64,000 nt of DNA from Octopus vulgaris (taxonomy: Eukaryota), in NCBI GenBank assembly GCA_951406725.2, contig OX597817.1:44702001-44766000 (forward strand). Reading direction: 5' to 3'. A program made the translations under genes and the position numbers. Positions 56,800 to 64,000 of the stretch are shown in pieces. Every line of letters starts with the position of its first letter. The stretch's first letter is position 1. Under the pieces are notes generated by a model that did not search any database, was not told the DNA's origin, and worked only from the letters and a program-made list of their open reading frames with translations.

Positions 56800-58900
56800 C
56801 TATCTTTTTCTTCATATTTTTTCAGTTATTTTTGCTGCTTTTTATACTTCTTTTCTCCACAAGTCGTGTTTTCGACATTTTAATATTTTGCTATTTTGAC
56901 AGTTCCTCCATCTTACAAAATAATAACCAAGATATATCCCAATCTATCGTCATGAAAATAGTTTTTATATAGTCCTTAATTATACTATTTTCACAATTTT
57001 CCTTAATGTCAATGTTAGTTTGCATTAGTATATAACCAATAGTTATAGCTTGCTCGTTAACATATAAAATGTTTGGCGCATGCTTATATGACTTCTCGTT
57101 CGTTTCCACGTGGAAGTGTTAGAGAATTGTTCAGCTACCAAAGATTGTAGTCTAATTATATAATCGTATTTGCAAGGGCAGAGTAACATCAGCTGCATTG
57201 TACTGATTCTATAAATCTTTATTCAATGTTAATATCTGTTATTCTTTTTGATGGCGGCAAGATGGCAGAATCGTTAGGACGCCGGGCAAAATATTTAGCA
57301 GCATCTAAGTTCAAATTCCGTCAAGTTCAAATTTGCCATTCATTCTTTAGAGGTCGGTAAATTAAGTACCAGTTGAGGGCTGGAGTCGAAATTGTTGTGT
57401 GCCAGGTGCTGGTCTTGTGCAGACTTTGCATTTCTTCTTTTATTCCAGAGGTTTTAAGTCATTGTTCACTTTCCCTATGTTGTTATACATCTCAATGATG
57501 CATTCTGGTATAATGGCCATACAGTAATTTATCCCCTAATTTTTCATTTAATATATTTTGGAATACAGCTTTCATTGACTGTTCTTTTAACCATTTCACT
57601 TTTATTCCCTTTATTTCTTACAAACATCTCTATAATTTTCTCATCACTTAAATATTTTATATTTATGTAGAAAATTTCCAGTTTGTATATTACTTTTTAC
57701 TTATATAGAGAGAGATAGAGGTAACACTTTTTGTTCTACGTTTCTTGATATTTATCACCTTCAATTTGTCTGCTTCAAAGCATTTTCTAGCTCTCCTGTT
57801 GTTATTTTATAGTAATTTTGTTGTCGGTAACACATAAAGCCGTTCTTATATGCAACGTAAGTATCTCCTGTCACAGTTATTTTTTAGACGGTGGCACAGG
57901 ACCTCATCAAAGATATTCTTGTTTTTCTGTGTAAGCTTTTCAATTCACGTGTTTTTCAGTTTATTATTGCAGCTGTTATTTATAATCCGGACGGTTACTA
58001 TACCTACTGTCTTATTTCCCCCACAGACAATTTTCAAAATTATTCTGGTTCTTCCATATTACTCTTTACTGATATTCCTATTTATTTGTATGAGTTGCAA
58101 GTTAACAGTTTCATGTAATTTCATTTATTTGTATGGATTGTTGACGTCTAATTATTTTATTTCGGTGTCTATGTTTGAGTTAATATTCTCAGCTTTAATT
58201 AATTTAACTGCTCAATACTGGCTTTGCGACGATCGAAAAATCCCATAATTACATCAGCGTCTCCGTTAAATCTGTGAACAACTTTTTAGAGATTCTTTGT
58301 TTGATACTATCACTTGTAAATACCTTCAAGTAATCTGCCGAGAGACGATTACTCGTAGTTTGTCAACAGCATCATCCAACAGTGGTTATTTGAACATGTT
58401 TGTTAATACTGTCAGAGCTAAGTAAAAAAAAAATACGAGACACACACTGATTCCGCTTCGAATGAAAAGGCAGCCTTTAATTCTCTCTTCTTCATGTTTA
58501 ATAATAATATTTTTATTTTCACATAGAATGGTTAACGAATATCATTAATGATCGAGCTGGTTTATTTATATATATAACGCATATAATGCAACAATGTTTG
58601 AAATGCTATCAAGTACTTTCTCGTAGCTATTCCAAACGTTGCTACGGTTAGAGTTTCCGTACAGTATCCTATAATCACTCCGTTCATTAATACACGCTTT
58701 TAACAATCAGTATCATACGGTATTATTCTCTGCTCTTCTATCAACATATCTGCAGATCAGATTTCTGACCAATGTGTTGTCCAGTGTAAAGTCTGGACGT
58801 TTATATGGTGGGGGCAAATGAGATACAGACATTATATTTTGTAATTTTCTGGTAATGTTTTAAAAATTACTTTTTCTGTTTCAATCAGTCATTGGTTCGA
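56800..58900 (-). pseudogene. Ancient, heavily decayed R4/Dong-like LINE ORF (RT to REL region)
   Basis: Ordered remnants on the minus strand: ISFAPTI (ITCLPTI-like), EEQ, WNSYEKVLDSI (WIDYKKAFDSV-like), LALTVLTNM, ERLYV; 56891..57109 aligns with the KRWYRHTPEKV..KEMEKLSK segment of ORF 40662. May extend to ~59500. Confidence 0.55.
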
Positions 58901-59701
58901 GTCTACTTACCAATTCTTTCAATACTGTGCTCCTACGCCCATGCCTACTGCGTAGATACTTCAAATACAAAATAAGCACATTGCTAATCACGGCTGTTTT
59001 CTTATCGCATGATATTTTCAATGATTTATTGGATTTCTTGCCAGTTATAGAAGACAGGTATTGGGGTGCTGCTATGTTTTTCTTTCCTTCCGTGTTTAGA
59101 AACATTGTAAATTAAGAAAATTTTATTTTGGTAAAATTTTCGTGTCTTCTAGCTATTTGATATTTAAAATAAAGTGTTTCTGCAGAATCCTTCGGCACTT
59201 GCTTAATATATTTGATTTTCCTGGATTGTTATACAGCCATAAGCCAGCAATGATTTTCCAGATTTATAATAAAATTCATTACAACCCTCTCGTATCTTGG
59301 ACCCAGTACCTGTGACAAAACGCTTTATGTATCCTCTCTTCTTTTGAAAAGACTAAATGATTATTTTTAACATATTGACTCTACACAAAAAGAAAAGACT
59401 TGAACACTGCTCGGTCGTTGATTCGTAAATGTATTAAACTATTTCGTTCTCTACCACTACGTTTGAGAGAAATGTTGCTCAAAACCTCCACATCGCATTT
59501 ATTAAAACATTTCAGAAAGCTATTAATGTTCTTGCGACAACTATAGCAAGAATTGAAAGAGTCTTTTAGCTAGAAATATGGTAACACTAATCCATTAGAA
59601 GGAAATGAATAGTGTTAACTGCTAAATATGGATATAAGATCCTGAAGATCAGAGTGTTAACAAAGTCATGAACCCACATTTTTAGTTTCCAATATGATAT
59701 G

Positions 59702-59862
<161 letters not shown>

Positions 59863-61395
59863 TGAAGAACTCACAGGCACACGATCGCACAAAAACTTAC
59901 ACACATCCACAACATATACATCAGATATAAAATCTTAAGAGTATCATTACACATTGACATTTTGTTTAATTGGATGGAACCGAAGGAAACATATTTGAGT
60001 TTTGTTAGCTAGAAACAAGGTTTAAACTAATTTTGCAAGGGACCCTTATCTCTTATTCCACAGCTGTTGAAAGTATGGATAATAACCTACTTGCTAGCTT
60101 GCAATCAATTTTATACGAGTAATTATAAAAAATGCATATTTGTACGTGGTTGTCACCCGAGTATTACTTAATAGTCTACAAATACTGCGTGGCATTTGCA
60201 TAAATACATATACTGTGCTATGTTTATATATCTGATAAAGATGTATATCATTCAGAATCTATTCCCACGTCATGACTAAATATATGGCTCTATATACATA
60301 TTTATTCACATCTCACGATGACCGACATTACTGGCAATGATAATTAATGGCAATAAAAAGCATGAATATGCTTACAAAAGAAAGTCAACAAATAACACCG
60401 TGTGTTAGTCAACATGCTACAAACAATCACCCGATCTTTTCATATAACACCCGACCGTAAAGCACTTTACAGGACGTACTCAGCCCTACAATCTTTTAAA
60501 ATAATATCGATTGACGTCGATAAAATACATTTGATCATAAATGAGTTTGATCTGACTTGACCTGGAGCTAAAACAACAACGATTTTGCAAAGTTATAGAA
60601 CGATTTATCGTCATTGTTATAAAGACTGGAGAATCTAGATCGTGAGAGATGGAGTGGTTACGGCTGGAACGACCTCTTTGACGACAAGTCTATTTGATGA
60701 ATAGTTAGCTGCGCTAAAGTATTATCAACAAAAAGAAAAACAGAAAAAAGAAAACAACCATGGCGGTTTCACTCTGACTTTCTTGTCTTCTCGGTCCTCC
60801 ATATTTCTATAGACGTCAAATTGCGCTTGTTTAGATGTCTCTACGTGTTTAAGTGTGTATGTGTGTGTGTGTTGTGCTTCACTGTCACTATATGCCATAG
60901 TGTGTCTCAAGTGTAAACTATCTTAGAGGTAGGCCAGTTATTACTTCAAGCGGAATATTATACTATAAGATCTTCCGACATGACGCCTATTTATGAAGTG
61001 ATTTCCGAAAAGCTCGCGTATACTTTAGATGAAGCTATTTAACACAGGAAGCGTTACAATACTACTAACGCAGACAACTAGATTTGATGTGAAATAGGAT
61101 TCTAATGAACGCAGCAGGCAGGATTCTTGTCAGTGTTTCTCTTTGGAAAAATGTCTAAACCACTCACCTGAATCTGTTAATTCTGATTCTCGAAACTTTC
61201 ATCCAAGGTCAATACTTATTAGTTCCATAGACTTTATTTTATGTGATATACTGATTACTGAGATATAGGGAAATATTCTCATAAAATGTCGTTTGCTTTA
61301 ATGGTAGATAAACTCCATTTCACCGGCACAAAGTGTATTAGATTAATAAATTACACCATCTCTGTCTACCTGTTCGTCTGTCTCTCCTCCTCCTC

Positions 61396-61443
<48 letters not shown>

Positions 61444-61484
61444 ATCTCTCTCTCTCTCTTTCTATCTCTCTCTCTCTCTTTCTA

Positions 61485-61517
<33 letters not shown>

Positions 61518-61549
61518 TGATAAAAACGGTAGCATTTTTCTGATGGCGA

Positions 61550-61610
61550 GATAACTGAAGAGATGGCCGCGTGGATTTCCACCTCGGCATCCGAAACTCG
61601 GAGTTTTATC
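61550..61610 (+). ncRNA. Type I hammerhead ribozyme fold in a ~125-bp island between microsatellites
   Basis: gataa-CTGAAGA-[gatg.ccg.gtgg(attt)ccac..cggcatc]c-GAAA-ctc(g)gag-TT-ttatc; distal stem I extension CGGTAGC(61527-61533)/GCTACCG(61614-61620). Confidence 0.72.
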
Positions 61611-61639
61611 ATGGCTACCGAATAATTGTCACATATTAC

Positions 61640-61722
<83 letters not shown>

Positions 61723-62860
61723 AATAACTTATATTTATATTTATAGATTTAAACCTTTAAAGGTATTTTTGATATGCTGGCCATTGATAAAATATTTTTT
61801 AGAAAAAAAATTATCCTACATTAGTTATATATATATGTACACACACACATACACATAATTACGATTTAGTTGTGGTGTGAGATACGATAAGAAGATATAT
61901 GTTTGAATGAAAAAAACAGTAATAATACAAAAAATACATGCAAATATATATACACAGATCCTGTGAGCTTAAGGGGCTACAGAGACTTGAAATCACATGC
62001 TGTTTCTAACTTCATATTCCCTTTGCCATTCTCAGCTACTGCCACCAGCATTGTGATAATAATATTCAACAAAAAGCCATATAATATTTTAAAGTCTGGT
62101 CATACATCATCAGGCGACTAATTTGCTTCAATTTCGCGTAAATATGAAGATATTTCAGGCACTTCCTTTGTTGTTTTTTCTAAATATTGTCATATAAACT
62201 AGCTTCAGCTTTGCCCATTCAGCGTAACGATCCATCCACCATGTTTTCGCACGCCTTACTTTACTATGATGAAGACGGATGCCTCGATTACGTATTGTGA
62301 CAAATGTCACGATTACTTATTGCTTTAAAGGTGAGAATTTTTACTAATTTTGTTCGTGTTTTTTTTAGTACAGTATATTTCTAATCGTAGGACATGGATC
62401 AAAACCTTTCAGCGACTGCATTTTATTTTACATATGCCGAAAGTTACCAAAGTATATGATGTGATTGTTATATTAAAAAAAATAAATTACTCTCGCATTA
62501 AAGCCACTGTATACCATTGTTTTGTGGCCAAACAGCGAGGAAAGAATGGCATTTCTAAGATATAGGTTGAAAAGAGAATTTTTCTGCGAGTGAAGTATTT
62601 ATACATATACAGGATTTATATATATATATCACGTATATTCATAAATATACGTGACAACGACTGAACACAAAATGCAATTTTATATAAATATAACGAATTA
62701 TCGTTCTTATTTTTGTCCGAAATCGGCGAAAAATTGAAGTAATTATTAATCTTTCTATAAAACAATTCGAAAAAGTTGCTACTAAAGGAATGAGTCAATA
62801 TTGAAGAACATGACGTAACCCAAAAACTAGAACGGTGTTAAACATGTCGTGATCTTCTGG

Positions 62861-62924
<64 letters not shown>

Positions 62925-62975
62925 TTACTATTACTACTACTACTACTGCTGCTGCTACCACCTGCACCACCACCA
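62861..62975. repeat. (CTA)n microsatellite
   Basis: Read directly from the sequence. Confidence 0.95.
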
Positions 62976-63124
62976 CATCATCGATAACAACAGCATATCT
63001 TAGAAAGTAAAGAGTTGGAAGACGTGGATAAATATTTTGTTCGACGCACTGCAGATTCTACCAGTTCGCTGCCATAATAATAGTTTCAAATTTTGGCACA
63101 GGCTGTGCAGCATTTTAGGATTGA

Positions 63125-63505
63125 AGGCGGCGAGCTTGCAGAATTGTTAGCACACCGGCCGAAATACTTTGCGTTCTGAGTTCAAATTCCGCCGAGGTCG
63201 ACTTTGCCTTTCATTCTTTTGGGGTCGATTAAATAAGTATCAGTTACGCACTGGGGTCAATATATATCGACTTAATCCGTTTGTCTGTCCTTGTTTGACC
63301 TCTCTGTGTTTAGCCCCATGTGGGCTATAAAGAAATAGGTATTTCGTGTATTTACGTTCTGTGTTCAAATTCCGCTGAGGTCGACTTTGCTTTTCATCGT
63401 TTCGGGGTCGATAAATTAACTACCAGTTGCCACCGAAGTCGATCTAATCGACTGGCCCCCTCCCCCAAAATGTCGGTCTCGTGCCCAGAGTAGAAAGAAA
63501 TAATA
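63125..63505 (+). mobile_element. SINE family B dimer (tail type 1 then tail type 2), among older decayed B copies
   Basis: Junction AAGAAATA|GGTATTTCG at 63337/63338. Confidence 0.85.
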
Positions 63506-64000
63506 GCAAATTTTCTTTCAAAAGTTTTGGTACAAACCAGCAATTCTCGAGCGTGAGGCTAATCGATTACATCGACCCTAGTTCTTGACTGATACTTTAT
63601 CATATCGACCCTAAAAGATGTAAGGTAAAATTGAAATGGGCGGAACAAGAAAAGAAACCGTAACACGGAAGGAGAAATAGAGCAAATCATTTGTTCCCAC
63701 AAAACAACGGTTCAGCCAACCTGGAACTTTTTTTAAATAATTGTTTGTAATTTAGCATCAAGACCAGCAATTATACGGGAGGCGTTGTTAATCGATTATA
63801 TCGATCACAGTGCTTATACTGTATTTTATGAACTTCAAATGCATGACAGGCGAAATTGAAATAAAGAAAAAAAAATGAACTCAGAATTCGAAGGACCGGA
63901 AGAAATGCTGCAAGTCATTTTGACCGACGTTCTTACCATTCTGGCAGGTCATCATCATCAATAACGATAATAATAATAATAATAATCATAATCATAATAA

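Overview
This is AT-rich, microsatellite-saturated eukaryotic DNA. Its repeat families look like those of an octopus/coleoid cephalopod genome (inference from the repeats only). I can support no host protein-coding gene; nearly all six-frame ORFs are translations of (TA)n, (CA)n, (TATC)n or (AAT)n tracts. The main feature (23.6-31.9 kb) is a Penelope-like element of Naiad type: a 5'-truncated RT + GIY-YIG ORF, with a ~1.4 kb terminal segment present three times. Two of those copies form a ~2.8 kb head-to-head palindrome, and each copy carries an identical minimal hammerhead ribozyme fold. Further short islands from several unrelated families also carry hammerhead-like folds, mostly beside microsatellites; the best is 61550-61610. 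Other content: a truncated CR1-group LINE, R4/Dong-like REL LINEs nested in (AAT)n, RTE fragments including a bipartite 5'UTR+3'end derivative, mariner/Tc1 relics, a complete non-autonomous Helitron, and three tRNA-derived SINE families. One SINE family forms 184-bp multimers joined at the same nucleotide at five loci. All folds and alignments were done by eye, and boundaries of degraded elements are approximate.
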